This document shows, piece by piece, positions 51,585-61,028 of a stretch of 64,000 nt of DNA. The position numbers were made by a program, and so were the translations under genes. Each line of letters starts with the position of its first letter. The stretch's first letter is position 1. The notes under the pieces are model-generated. The model ran no database searches. It was not told the DNA's origin and worked only from the letters and a program-made list of their open reading frames with translations. Source of the stretch: Burkholderiales bacterium (GTDB taxonomy: Bacteria > Pseudomonadota > Gammaproteobacteria > Burkholderiales > Burkholderiaceae_C); NCBI GenBank assembly GCA_030604135.1, contig JAUVWL010000007.1:92279-156278 (forward strand), read 5' to 3'.

Positions 51585-52901
51585 ATGGCCAGCACGTCCC
51601 TGATCGGCTCGGACACCCAGCTCAACCGCCGCAGCTACTACGAGGCCAGCGTGCAGCGGCCGGCCGCCCACTCGCCGCTGCAGGGTGCGCAGACGGCCGA
51701 TGTGCTGGTGGTGGGTGGCGGCTTTGCCGGGCTGAGTGCCGCACTGGAACTGGCGCAGCGTGGCTATGCGGTGGTGTTGCTGGAGGCCGACCGCATCGGC
51801 TCCGGTGCATCGGGTCGCAACGGCGGCCAGGCCATCGTCGGTTATGCCTGTGGCCAGGAACCGTTCGAGCAGCAGTTGGGGGCGGCCGAGGCGCGCCGGG
51901 CCTGGGACATGTCGCTCGAAGGTCTGGATCTGATCCAGCAACGCATCCATACCCACGGCATCGACTGCGACTGGGTGCCGGGTTACCTGTATGTGGCCGA
52001 CAGCCCGCGCAAGGTGCGCGCGCTGCGCGAGGAGGTCGATGGCCTGCAGGCGCTGGGCATACCGTGTGACTGGGCCGAGGGGGCCGATGTGCCGCGCCTG
52101 ATCGACAGCCCCCGCTACCGGGCCGCGGCCTACGAATCGCGTTCGGGGCACTTGCACCCGCTCAAGTACGCACTGGGTCTGGCCAAGGCCGCGCGCGAAG
52201 CCGGGGTGCGGATTTTCGAGCGGTCGCCGGTGACCGGGTTGACGCGCGGCGCCACGCTGGTGGCACGCACCGAGCAGGGTCAGGTGACGGCGCGTTTCGG
52301 TGTGCTGGCCGGAAACTGCATGCTGCCCGAGTATGGGCCCCAGGTGGCGCCGGAGATCGCGCCGCGCATCATGCCGGTGGGCACCTACATCCTGGGCACT
52401 GCCCCGCTCGATCCGTCGCTCTGCCGCCGGCTGATCCCGTCGAACGCAGCGGCCTGCGACAACAACGTGGTGCTCGACTATTTCCGTTTCAGCGCCGATC
52501 ACCGCATGCTGTTCGGCGGGCGTGTCAGTTACACCACACGCACCCCGGCGCGCCTGGAAGCCGTCATGCGTCAGCGAATGGGCGAGGTGTTTCCGGCGCT
52601 GGCCTCAGCGCCGGTGGAGTACCTGTGGGGCGGTTTTGTCGACATCAGCATGAACCGCTCACCGGACTTCGGCCGACTGGGCGACAACCTCTACTATCTG
52701 CAGGGCTTCAGCGGCCACGGGGTGGCGCTGACCGGACTGGCCGGCCGGCTGGTGGCCGAGGCGGTGGCGGGTCAGGCCGAGCGTTTCGACCTGTTTGCCC
52801 GTCTGCGGCACCACCGCTTTCCGGGTGGCCGGCTGATGCGCACCCCCAGCCTGGCGCTGGGGATGTGGTGGTACCGCACGCGGGACGCGCTGGCCGGCTG
52901 A
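51585..52901 (+). CDS. FAD-dependent oxidoreductase (gamma-glutamylputrescine oxidase PuuB-like, 438 aa)
   Basis: GGAGG SD. VLVVGGGFAGLSAALELAQRG dinucleotide-binding motif. Confidence 0.75.
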   Translation: MASTSLIGSDTQLNRRSYYEASVQRPAAHSPLQGAQTADVLVVGGGFAGLSAALELAQRGYAVVLLEADRIGSGASGRNGGQAIVGYACGQEPFEQQLGAAEARRAWDMSLEGLDLIQQRIHTHGIDCDWVPGYLYVADSPRKVRALREEVDGLQALGIPCDWAEGADVPRLIDSPRYRAAAYESRSGHLHPLKYALGLAKAAREAGVRIFERSPVTGLTRGATLVARTEQGQVTARFGVLAGNCMLPEYGPQVAPEIAPRIMPVGTYILGTAPLDPSLCRRLIPSNAAACDNNVVLDYFRFSADHRMLFGGRVSYTTRTPARLEAVMRQRMGEVFPALASAPVEYLWGGFVDISMNRSPDFGRLGDNLYYLQGFSGHGVALTGLAGRLVAEAVAGQAERFDLFARLRHHRFPGGRLMRTPSLALGMWWYRTRDALAG

Positions 52902-52905
52902 TGCG

Positions 52906-54393
52906 TCAGCCAAGGGCCTGGTGCACGGCGGTGGCGATCGCCGGGCCCCAGCGCCCGATGCCGGTCAGCGGCGCGTATCCGTAGCCGATCACAAGTCCGC
53001 GCAGGTCCTGGCGCGCCAGGCAGTAGGCTGACAGGGGCCGCACCGTCAGGCCCTGCAGAGCCAGCTGGCGGGCCAGGGCGACATCGTCCACCGGAGCCGG
53101 CAGGCGCAGGCACAGGTGCAGGCCCTGTTCGGCGCCGCTGATGAAAGGCCCTTGGCCTCCAGGGGCGTCAAGCACCGGTTGCAGGGCCTGGAGCAGGCAG
53201 CGACGCCGTTCGGCATAGCCCTGTCGCGCCTTGCGCAGCGCGCTGGCGAAGTGGCCCATCTCGATGAACTCGGCCAGCGCCGCCTGGGTCGGCATCTGAC
53301 CGGGGCGGTTCAGGTCGTAGTGGGCCTGGCGGAAGGCCTCGGCCAGCGCCTTGGGCACCACCAGATAGCCCAGCTTCAGGCCGGGGTAGAGCACCTTGGA
53401 GAAGGTGCCCATGTAGAGCACACGGCCGTCGGCGTCCAGTCCCTGCAGCGAGGACAGCGGCGGACCGCTGAAGCGGTACTCGCTGTCGTAGTCGTCCTCC
53501 AGCACCCAGGCGCCGTGGGCGCGCGCGGTGGCCAGCAACTGGTGGCGCCGGGCCAGCGACATCACGGCGCCGGTCGGGTATTGGTGGGAAGGTGTGACGT
53601 AGATCAGCCGGGGCGATTGCGCCTCGTCGGTCGGGCCGGGGCAGATGCCTTCGTCGTCCACCGGGACCGGGTGGATGCGCTGGCCGCAGGCGCTCAGGGC
53701 CTTGGCCGCACCCCAGTAGGCGGGGTCCTCCACCCAGACCGTGTCGCCGTGGTCGGCCAGCAGGCGGGCGCACAGCTCCAGCGACTGCTGGGTGCCGGTG
53801 GTGATGACCACCTGGTCGGGGTCCAGGTGCACGCTGCGGAACACCCGCAGGTAGTCGGTGATGGCACGCCGCAACGGCGCGTAGCCGCCCGAGGCGTTGT
53901 AGTCCAGCATGTCCGGGTAGGTCATGCGCCAGTGCTTGTTCTGCAGCCGCTGCCACAGGGCCAGCGGAAAGGCGCTGAAGTCGGCGATGCCGGGGGTGAA
54001 GGGCTGAACCTCCAGCTCCCGGGCACAGAACTGCCGACTCAGGGTCTGGCCACGCGCCGACAGACCGCCTGCCGGGGTGCCGGCTGGCAGGTGCTGGCGG
54101 GCGCCGCCGTTGCCGCGCCCGGCACGGGGCACGTTGTCGTGCACATACGTGCCGCTGCCCACATGGCTGCTGAGGTAACCCTCGACTGAGAGCTGGTTGA
54201 TGGCGGCCACCACCGTGTTGCGCGAGAGCTCCAGGTCCTGCGCCAGGTCACGGCTGGACGGCAGGCGCTCACCCGGCGCCAGCTTGCCGTCCAGTACCGC
54301 CCGCCGCAGCGCCTCGTAGAGCTGCCGGTGCAGGGGCAGCGCATCCTGGCTGCCCAGCCGGTGCATCTCCGCCAAAAGAAATTCAGAAAGCAT
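52906..54393 (-). CDS. MocR/GabR-type regulator (GntR HTH plus PLP aminotransferase-like domain, 495 aa)
   Basis: N-terminal …LPSSRDLAQDLELSRNTVVAAINQLSVEGYL…. PLP-Lys context TFSKVLYPGLKLGY. ATG at 54393. Confidence 0.85.
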   Translation of the reverse strand: MLSEFLLAEMHRLGSQDALPLHRQLYEALRRAVLDGKLAPGERLPSSRDLAQDLELSRNTVVAAINQLSVEGYLSSHVGSGTYVHDNVPRAGRGNGGARQHLPAGTPAGGLSARGQTLSRQFCARELEVQPFTPGIADFSAFPLALWQRLQNKHWRMTYPDMLDYNASGGYAPLRRAITDYLRVFRSVHLDPDQVVITTGTQQSLELCARLLADHGDTVWVEDPAYWGAAKALSACGQRIHPVPVDDEGICPGPTDEAQSPRLIYVTPSHQYPTGAVMSLARRHQLLATARAHGAWVLEDDYDSEYRFSGPPLSSLQGLDADGRVLYMGTFSKVLYPGLKLGYLVVPKALAEAFRQAHYDLNRPGQMPTQAALAEFIEMGHFASALRKARQGYAERRRCLLQALQPVLDAPGGQGPFISGAEQGLHLCLRLPAPVDDVALARQLALQGLTVRPLSAYCLARQDLRGLVIGYGYAPLTGIGRWGPAIATAVHQALG

Positions 54394-54498
54394 GAGGAGT
54401 CCGACAGGACGACGATGAGGTGCCACCACAACCCAAGCGCCAGTCCAGCACGCGCCGCGGAACCGGCTTTGCCGGGCCGCAGGCGCGGTCCCCCCTTT

Positions 54499-54659
54499 GG
54501 TGTGGTGAGTTGGGCTTTCTGGAACGCACAACCGCGTCTTTTCGGCCCTGATGTCGTTGCAAATCCTCGCCATAGTCGAACTATGGCTGTGGTTTGCGCC
54601 TAATCAGTGCCAAAAATCCATCGGTTCTGCTGTTTCCATCAAGCCCAACTCACCACACC
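54499..54659. mobile_element. 161-bp palindromic MITE-like element with perfect 19-bp terminal inverted repeats
   Basis: GGTGTGGTGAGTTGGGCTT (54499-54517) and AAGCCCAACTCACCACACC (54641-54659). The interior is an imperfect long palindrome centred at 54578. It interrupts a REP unit (54451-54689). Confidence 0.7.
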
Positions 54660-54772
54660 GGGGAAGACGCGAAGCGGCGCAGGGGGGTCATTCCAATTGG
54701 CACCATCACGGCATGCCAACTGGCTCCCATTGTGATCCAATTTTCAGAGCAGAATCAAGTCTAGGAGACTCC

Positions 54773-55564
54773 ATGAAGACGCCACCCTGCATGGTCTGGC
54801 TGCCTGCCGACCACCGCCTGCTGGGCGATCACGGGCACCAGATGCCTTTTCTGCTGCTGGGCGACAAGTACGCCCGTGCGGTGAAGGTGTCCGCCCACGC
54901 CCAGCCTGTCATGTTCCCGCTGGCCGACGTCGAGCAGATCGACGAGCTGCTGTCGCTGGTGGACGGCGTGATGCTGACCGGCTCGCCGTCCAATGTGCAC
55001 CCTTCGCATTTCGACGAGGCGGTGGCTGACCCCAGCCTGCCCCTGGACCCGGTGCGCGATTCGCTGACCCTGGCCCTGGTCAGGGCCTGCGTGCACCAGG
55101 GCGTGCCCTTGCTGGGCATCTGCCGCGGTTTCCAGGAGATCAACGTGGCCCTGGGAGGCGCCCTGCACCAGCGGGTGCACGAGGTGCCCGGCCAGATGGA
55201 CCACCGTGAAAACAAGGGCGCACCGCCGGACGTGCAGTACGCGCCGTCGCATCCTGTGCGTTTCGTCCCGGGCAGTCCGTTCGAGACCTGGGCCGGAGCC
55301 CGCGAGGCGCGCGTCAACTCGCTGCATGGCCAGGGCATTGCGCGTCTGGCGCCCGGCCTGGAGGCCATGGCCCACGCCCCCGACGGTCTGGTCGAAGCCT
55401 TTGCCGTGAAGGGCGCGCGCACCTTTGCCTATGCGGTTCAGTGGCACCCGGAGTGGCGCAGCCACGAGAATGCCTTCTACAGTGCCATCTTCGAGGCCTT
55501 CGGTCGGGCCTGCCGCCAGCGCATGAGCCTGCGCTTGCAGGCCGCCGACCTGGCCCGGCACTGA
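54773..55564 (+). CDS. puuD: gamma-glutamyl-GABA hydrolase (peptidase C26, PuuD-like, 263 aa)
   Basis: AGGAG SD. Class-I amidotransferase motif GICRGFQEINVALGG, later HPEW. Confidence 0.8.
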   Translation: MKTPPCMVWLPADHRLLGDHGHQMPFLLLGDKYARAVKVSAHAQPVMFPLADVEQIDELLSLVDGVMLTGSPSNVHPSHFDEAVADPSLPLDPVRDSLTLALVRACVHQGVPLLGICRGFQEINVALGGALHQRVHEVPGQMDHRENKGAPPDVQYAPSHPVRFVPGSPFETWAGAREARVNSLHGQGIARLAPGLEAMAHAPDGLVEAFAVKGARTFAYAVQWHPEWRSHENAFYSAIFEAFGRACRQRMSLRLQAADLARH

Positions 55565-55595
55565 CGCACACGATCAACCACCAAGGAACCGGCAG

Positions 55596-56957
55596 ATGAA
55601 TGCCCCGCAGAACTTCAACGACCTGGAGCAGTGGCTCAACCGAAACCGCGTGACCGAGATCGAGTGCCTGGTGCCCGACCTCACCGGCGTGGCCCGCGGC
55701 AAGATCCTGCCACGCGAGAAATTCACCGAGGACCGCGGCATGCGGCTGCCGCACGCCATCGTGGCCATGAGCGTGACCGGCGAGCAGCCCACCAGCGGCT
55801 CGTACTTCGATGTCATTGAACCGACCGACCGCGACATGCAGCTGCGCCCGGACCCGTCCACCGTGCGCATCGTGCCCTGGGCCAGCGACCCCACCGCCCA
55901 GGTCATCCACGACTGTTTCGACCACACCGGCAAGCTGGTGCCCTACGCCCCGCGCTCGGTGCTGCGCCACATCTGCAACCTGTACGAGGCCGAGGGTTGG
56001 TCGCCGGTGATCGCACCCGAGCTCGAGTTCTACCTGACCGCCCGCAACACCGACCCCAACACCCTGCTGCGTCCGCCGGTGGGCCGCAGCGGTCGGGCCG
56101 AAACCTCGCGCCAGGCCTACAGCATCGACGCGGTGAACGAGTTCGACCCGCTGTTCGAAGAAATCTACGAGTATTGCAACCTGATGGAGCTCAATGTCGA
56201 CACCCTGATTCATGAGATCGGTGCCGGCCAGATGGAGATCAATTTTTTCCACGACCATCCGCTGGGCCTGGCCGACGAGGTGTTCTTCTTCAAACGCACG
56301 GTGCGCGAAGCGGCGCTGCGCCACGACATGTACGCCACCTTCATGGCCAAGCCGATCGCCGGCGAGCCCGGCAGCGCCATGCACATCCACCAAAGCATCG
56401 TCGACAAGGCCAGCGGCAAGAACCTTTTCAGCAACCCGGACGGCAGTCCCAGCGAGGCCTTCTTCCATTACATCGGTGGTCTGCAGCGCTACATCCCGGC
56501 GGCCATGGCCCTGGTGGCGCCCTACGTCAACAGCTACCGGCGCCTCTCACGCCACACGGCGGCACCGATCAACATCGAGTGGGGTTACGACAACCGCACC
56601 GTGGGCATCCGCTCGCCCATCTCCAGCCCGGCCGCGCGCCGTGTCGAAAACCGCGTCATCGGAGCCGATGCCAACCCCTATGTCGCCATGGCCATGACGC
56701 TGGCCTGCGGCTATCTGGGCATGAAGAACCAGATCAAGCCCAAGCCCGAAATGAAGGGTGACGCCTACCTGGCCCCCTACGCGCTGCCGCGCAGCCTGGG
56801 CGAGGCGCTGGACTGGCTGCGCCGCGAATCCGACCTGCACGAGGTGCTGGGGAAGGAGTTCGTGACCATCTACACCGAGATCAAGGAGCTCGAGTTCGAG
56901 GAGTTCATGAAGGTGATCTCGCCCTGGGAGCGCGAGCACCTGCTTCTGCATGTCTAA
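55596..56957 (+). CDS. puuA: glutamine synthetase-family glutamate-polyamine ligase (PuuA-like, 453 aa)
   Basis: GS catalytic-domain motifs (…MAKPIAGEPGSAMHIHQS…). Context with puuD. Confidence 0.8.
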   Translation: MNAPQNFNDLEQWLNRNRVTEIECLVPDLTGVARGKILPREKFTEDRGMRLPHAIVAMSVTGEQPTSGSYFDVIEPTDRDMQLRPDPSTVRIVPWASDPTAQVIHDCFDHTGKLVPYAPRSVLRHICNLYEAEGWSPVIAPELEFYLTARNTDPNTLLRPPVGRSGRAETSRQAYSIDAVNEFDPLFEEIYEYCNLMELNVDTLIHEIGAGQMEINFFHDHPLGLADEVFFFKRTVREAALRHDMYATFMAKPIAGEPGSAMHIHQSIVDKASGKNLFSNPDGSPSEAFFHYIGGLQRYIPAAMALVAPYVNSYRRLSRHTAAPINIEWGYDNRTVGIRSPISSPAARRVENRVIGADANPYVAMAMTLACGYLGMKNQIKPKPEMKGDAYLAPYALPRSLGEALDWLRRESDLHEVLGKEFVTIYTEIKELEFEEFMKVISPWEREHLLLHV

Positions 56958-57028
56958 CCCCCCCGCGCCGCTTCGCGTCACCCCCCAGGGGGCAACGCCA
57001 GCGGCCCGGCAAAGCCGGTTCCGCGGCG
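56958..57028 (+). repeat. uninterrupted copy of the REP unit that is split by the MITE at 54451-54689
   Basis: CCCCCCCGCGCCGCTTCGCGTCACCCCCCAGGGGGCAACGCCAGCGGCCCGGCAAAGCCGGTTCCGCGGCG. 28-nt and 15-nt blocks are identical to the reverse complement of the other locus. Confidence 0.75.
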
Positions 57029-57079
57029 TTATGGACCGAAGCCCTTCCCGGCGTCCCTTTCCGTGAAAGCGAGTACCTT

Positions 57080-58519
57080 GTGAACACTTCTTCCCTCATT
57101 GCCCCGCCGGTGCTGGTTCAGCGTGCCGAGAAGCACGACACCAAGTCCATCCAGGCGCTGGACAGCGCGCACTTCCTGCACCCGTTCACCGACCACGGTG
57201 ACCTGGCCACGCGCGGTGCAAGGGTCATCACCCATGCCGATGGCATCTATGTCTGGGATTCCGAGGGGCACAAGATCCTCGACGGCATGAGCGGGCTTTG
57301 GTGTGTCAATGCCGGATACGGCCGCAAGGAACTGGCCGACGCGGCCTACCGGCAGATGATGACGCTGCCCTTCTACAACAGCTTCTTCCAGACCACCAAC
57401 GTGCCAGCGGTGCAGCTGGCCACCAAGCTGGCGCAACTGGCACCCCAGGTCGGCGGGCGCCGTTTCGAACACGTGTTCTTCTCCAGCAGCGGTTCCGAGA
57501 GCAACGACACCAACGTGCGCATGGCGCGCCGATACTGGGACCTGTTGGGTCAGCCCCAGCGCAAGGTCATCATCAGTCGCCACAACGCCTACCACGGCTC
57601 GACCATGGCCGGTGCCTCGCTGGGTGGCATGAGCGGCATGCATGCCCAGGGCGACCTGCCGATTCCCAACATCGTGCACATCGATCAGCCTTATTTCTTC
57701 GAGAACGCGAACCCGGGCGAGAGCCGCGACGACTTCGGCATCCGGGCCGCGCGCTGGCTGGAGGAGAAGATCCTGGCGGTCGGGCCGGACAAGGTGGCGG
57801 CCTTCATCGCCGAGCCGGTGCAAGGTGCCGGCGGCGTGATCATCCCGCCGGCCACCTACTGGCCCGAGATCCAGCGCATCGTCGACCGGTACGGCATTCT
57901 GCTGATCTCCGACGAGGTCATCTGCGCCTTCGGACGCCTGGGCCACTGGTTCGCCTACGAGAAGTTCGGCTACCGCCCCGACCTGGTCACCTTCGCCAAG
58001 GGCGTGACCAGCGGCTACATACCGCTGGGCGGGGTCATGGTGGGCGACCGCGTGGCCAAAGTGCTGATCGAGCAGGGGGGCGAGTTCAACCACGGCTACA
58101 CCTACAGCGGCCACCCGGTGGCCTGCGCCGTCGCGCTCGCCAACCTGGAGCTGATGGAGCGCGAGGGCCTTGCGCAGCGGGTGCGCGAGGACACCGGCCC
58201 CTACCTGGCCGAGCGCTTTGCCGAGCTCAACAGCCACCCGCTGGTGACCGAGGCCGAGACCTGCGGTCTGGTGGCCGGCCTGGTGCTGGTCAAGGACAAG
58301 GCGCGCCGTGAAATGTTCGACCCCGACCTGGCGGTGGGCATGGTCTGCCGCGGCCACTGCTTCCGCAACGGACTGATCATGCGTGCGGTGGGCGACCGCA
58401 TGATCATCGCCCCGCCCCTGAGCATGAGCCGGGCCCAGATCGACGAGATGATGGCCCTGATCGTGCGTTGCCTGGACGCGACGCATGAGGAGTTGAAGAT
58501 CCAGGGTCTGTGCGCGTGA
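57080..58519 (+). CDS. class-III aminotransferase (putrescine-pyruvate aminotransferase SpuC-like, 479 aa, GTG start)
   Basis: …GLWCVNAGYGR…, DEVICAFGRLG, TFAKGVTSGY (PLP Lys). Confidence 0.85.
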   Translation: MNTSSLIAPPVLVQRAEKHDTKSIQALDSAHFLHPFTDHGDLATRGARVITHADGIYVWDSEGHKILDGMSGLWCVNAGYGRKELADAAYRQMMTLPFYNSFFQTTNVPAVQLATKLAQLAPQVGGRRFEHVFFSSSGSESNDTNVRMARRYWDLLGQPQRKVIISRHNAYHGSTMAGASLGGMSGMHAQGDLPIPNIVHIDQPYFFENANPGESRDDFGIRAARWLEEKILAVGPDKVAAFIAEPVQGAGGVIIPPATYWPEIQRIVDRYGILLISDEVICAFGRLGHWFAYEKFGYRPDLVTFAKGVTSGYIPLGGVMVGDRVAKVLIEQGGEFNHGYTYSGHPVACAVALANLELMEREGLAQRVREDTGPYLAERFAELNSHPLVTEAETCGLVAGLVLVKDKARREMFDPDLAVGMVCRGHCFRNGLIMRAVGDRMIIAPPLSMSRAQIDEMMALIVRCLDATHEELKIQGLCA

Positions 58520-58693
58520 CATCTCATGGGCAACCTGCACCATGGTGGGGCAAAATTTTTGCTACAGTGCCCGCTTGAGTGCCCCGCGGCGTCTGAAGGT
58601 GGCCTGCTTATTGCTAAGTTGCGTTTGCAGACCGGGTTGAACCGCATTCACTGTTTTTTTGTCCCTCCACATCCTGTACGGAGTACCTGACCC

Positions 58694-59824
58694 ATGAAGA
58701 AACAAGCCCTGGCCCTGGCGATGTCGGTCGTTTTCCTGGCCGCCTGTGGCAAGAAAGAAGAGGCTGCAGCCCCGGCGGCAGCGCCTGCCAGCCCCACCGC
58801 CCAGGTGCTGAACATCTACAACTGGGATGACTACATCCCCGATGGCATGCTGGCCGCCTTCGAGCAGGAAACCGGCATCAAGGTCAATTACGACACCTTC
58901 GACAACAACGAGACCCTGCATGCCAAGCTGATCGCCGGCAACTCGGGTTACGACATCGTGGTGCCGACCATCGGCTTCTCCAAGAAGCAGCTGGAAGCCG
59001 GCATGTACCAGCCGCTGGACAAGAGCCAGATCCCCAATCTGGCCAACCTCGATCCCACCTTCATGAAGAAGCTGGCCTCGATCGACGACGGCAACCGACA
59101 CTACGTGCCCTGGGGCTGGGGTTTCACCACCGTGGGCATCAACAAGCAGAAGGTGGCGGCGGCCCTGGGCACCGACGCCCTGCCGGCCAACTCCTGGGAG
59201 CTGGTGTTCAACCCCGAGTACAGCAACAAGTTGCGCGGCTGCGGCATCCTGTTCCTGGATTCGCCCACCGAAATCATGCCGGCGGCCCTTCATTACATCG
59301 GCAAGGACCCCTACAGCAGCAACCCGGATGACCTGCGTGCCGCCGGCGAAATGCTGGCCAAGGTCCGCCCCGACATCCGTCAGTTCTCCAGCAACATGAT
59401 CGACGACATCGCCGGCGGTCTGGGCTGTGCCTTCGTCGGCTGGTCGGGCGACATCAACATCGCCGCCGACCGCGTCAAGGAGCAGGGCGGCGCCGACGAA
59501 ATCGTGCCGCTGCTGCCCAGCACCGGGGGCATTTTCTTTGTCGACGTGATGGCCATCCCGGCCGATGCGCGCAACGTGGCTGCCGCCCACAAGTTCATCG
59601 ACTTCTTCCTGCGTGCCGAAAGTGGCGCGTCCATGGCCAATGAAATGAACTACCCGACCGGCAACAAGGCCGCACTGCCGCTGATCAACGAAGAGATCAA
59701 GGGCAACGAGACCATCTTCCTGAACGAAGAGAACATGGCCCGTCTGGTGCCCTCGGGCAGCTACCCCAATGAGCTGAGCGGCGTGCTCAACGAGGTCTAC
59801 AACGCTTTCAAGCGCGGCCGCTGA
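58694..59824 (+). CDS. potF: polyamine ABC transporter substrate-binding lipoprotein (PotF-like, 376 aa)
   Basis: Lipobox FLAAC. PotD/PotF family pattern LNIYNWDDYI. Confidence 0.85.
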   Translation: MKKQALALAMSVVFLAACGKKEEAAAPAAAPASPTAQVLNIYNWDDYIPDGMLAAFEQETGIKVNYDTFDNNETLHAKLIAGNSGYDIVVPTIGFSKKQLEAGMYQPLDKSQIPNLANLDPTFMKKLASIDDGNRHYVPWGWGFTTVGINKQKVAAALGTDALPANSWELVFNPEYSNKLRGCGILFLDSPTEIMPAALHYIGKDPYSSNPDDLRAAGEMLAKVRPDIRQFSSNMIDDIAGGLGCAFVGWSGDINIAADRVKEQGGADEIVPLLPSTGGIFFVDVMAIPADARNVAAAHKFIDFFLRAESGASMANEMNYPTGNKAALPLINEEIKGNETIFLNEENMARLVPSGSYPNELSGVLNEVYNAFKRGR

Positions 59825-59843
59825 TTTTCGTTGGCCAACACAC

Positions 59844-59881
59844 AGGGCTGTTCATCCCACGGGTTGGACAGCCCTTTTTTT
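59844..59881 (+). terminator. rho-independent terminator/attenuator after potF
   Basis: AGGGCTGT…ACAGCCCT stem followed by TTTTTTT. Confidence 0.6.
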
Positions 59882-59913
59882 ATCTGCATTCCGCATGAAC
59901 GACAGGTGCTGAC

Positions 59914-61008
59914 ATGGTGGACAACCCGGGTTTTCTGGTGACGGAGAAGGTGGTCAAGCGGTTCGACGACACCGTGGCGGTGGACGATGTGTCCCTGTCC
60001 ATCGGCAAGGGCGAGATTTTTGCCCTGCTCGGTTCTTCAGGTTGCGGCAAGTCGACCTTGCTGCGCATGCTGGCCGGTTTCGAGACCCCGACCTCGGGCC
60101 GCATCCTGCTCGGTGGACAGGACGTGGTGGGCATGCCGCCCTATGTGCGCCCGGTCAACATGATGTTCCAGTCGTATGCCCTGTTTCCCCACCTGTCAAT
60201 CTGGGAGAACGTGGCCTTCGGTCTCAAGCGCGAAGGCCTGCCCAGGGACGAGGTGGCCAAGCGCACCGACGAAATGCTGGCCCTGGTGCAGTTGACCCCG
60301 TACGCCAAGCGCAAGCCGCACCAGCTCTCGGGTGGTCAGCAGCAGCGGGTGGCGCTGGCGCGCAGCCTGGCCAAAAAGCCCAAGCTGTTGCTGCTGGACG
60401 AACCCCTGGGGGCGCTGGACAAGAAGCTGCGCGAGCAGACCCAGTTCGAACTGGTCAACATCATCGAGAAGGTCGGCGTGACGGTGGTCATGGTCACGCA
60501 CGATCAGGAGGAGGCCATGACCATGGCCAACCGCATCGCCATCATGAGCAAGGGGCGGGTGCTGCAGGTGGGCTCGCCGCAGGAGATCTACGAGTACCCG
60601 GCCAACCGATTCGTGGCCGATTTCATCGGCAACGTCAACCTGTTCGAGGGCAAGCTGACGCTGGACGAGCCGGACCGTTGTGCCGTGGGCTCCTCGATTG
60701 GCGAGGTCCACGTGGGTCATGGCATCAGTGGTGCGGCCGGCATGCCGGTGGCGGTGGCCGTGCGACCCGAGAAGATCGACATTGCCAAGGAGCGGCCGGT
60801 GGGCGTGGACCACAACGTGTTCAGTGGCCGCGTCAAGGAGATCGCCTATTTCGGCTCATACAACACCTTCATCGTGGTGACGCCCCAGGGCACCAAGGTC
60901 AAGATCACCGAGCCCAACGGATCGCGGCATGAGCAGCTGGACGTGACCTGGGAGGACGATGTGTTCTTCTGGTGGGACGATCTGGACGCCGTCGTTCTGC
61001 GCGACTGA
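59914..61008 (+). CDS. potG: polyamine ABC transporter ATPase (PotG/PotA-like, 364 aa)
   Basis: Walker A GSSGCGKST, signature LSGGQQQR, Walker B LLLLDEP. Confidence 0.9.
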   Translation: MVDNPGFLVTEKVVKRFDDTVAVDDVSLSIGKGEIFALLGSSGCGKSTLLRMLAGFETPTSGRILLGGQDVVGMPPYVRPVNMMFQSYALFPHLSIWENVAFGLKREGLPRDEVAKRTDEMLALVQLTPYAKRKPHQLSGGQQQRVALARSLAKKPKLLLLDEPLGALDKKLREQTQFELVNIIEKVGVTVVMVTHDQEEAMTMANRIAIMSKGRVLQVGSPQEIYEYPANRFVADFIGNVNLFEGKLTLDEPDRCAVGSSIGEVHVGHGISGAAGMPVAVAVRPEKIDIAKERPVGVDHNVFSGRVKEIAYFGSYNTFIVVTPQGTKVKITEPNGSRHEQLDVTWEDDVFFWWDDLDAVVLRD

Positions 61009-61028
61009 TTCAGAGACAGGAGCGATCC

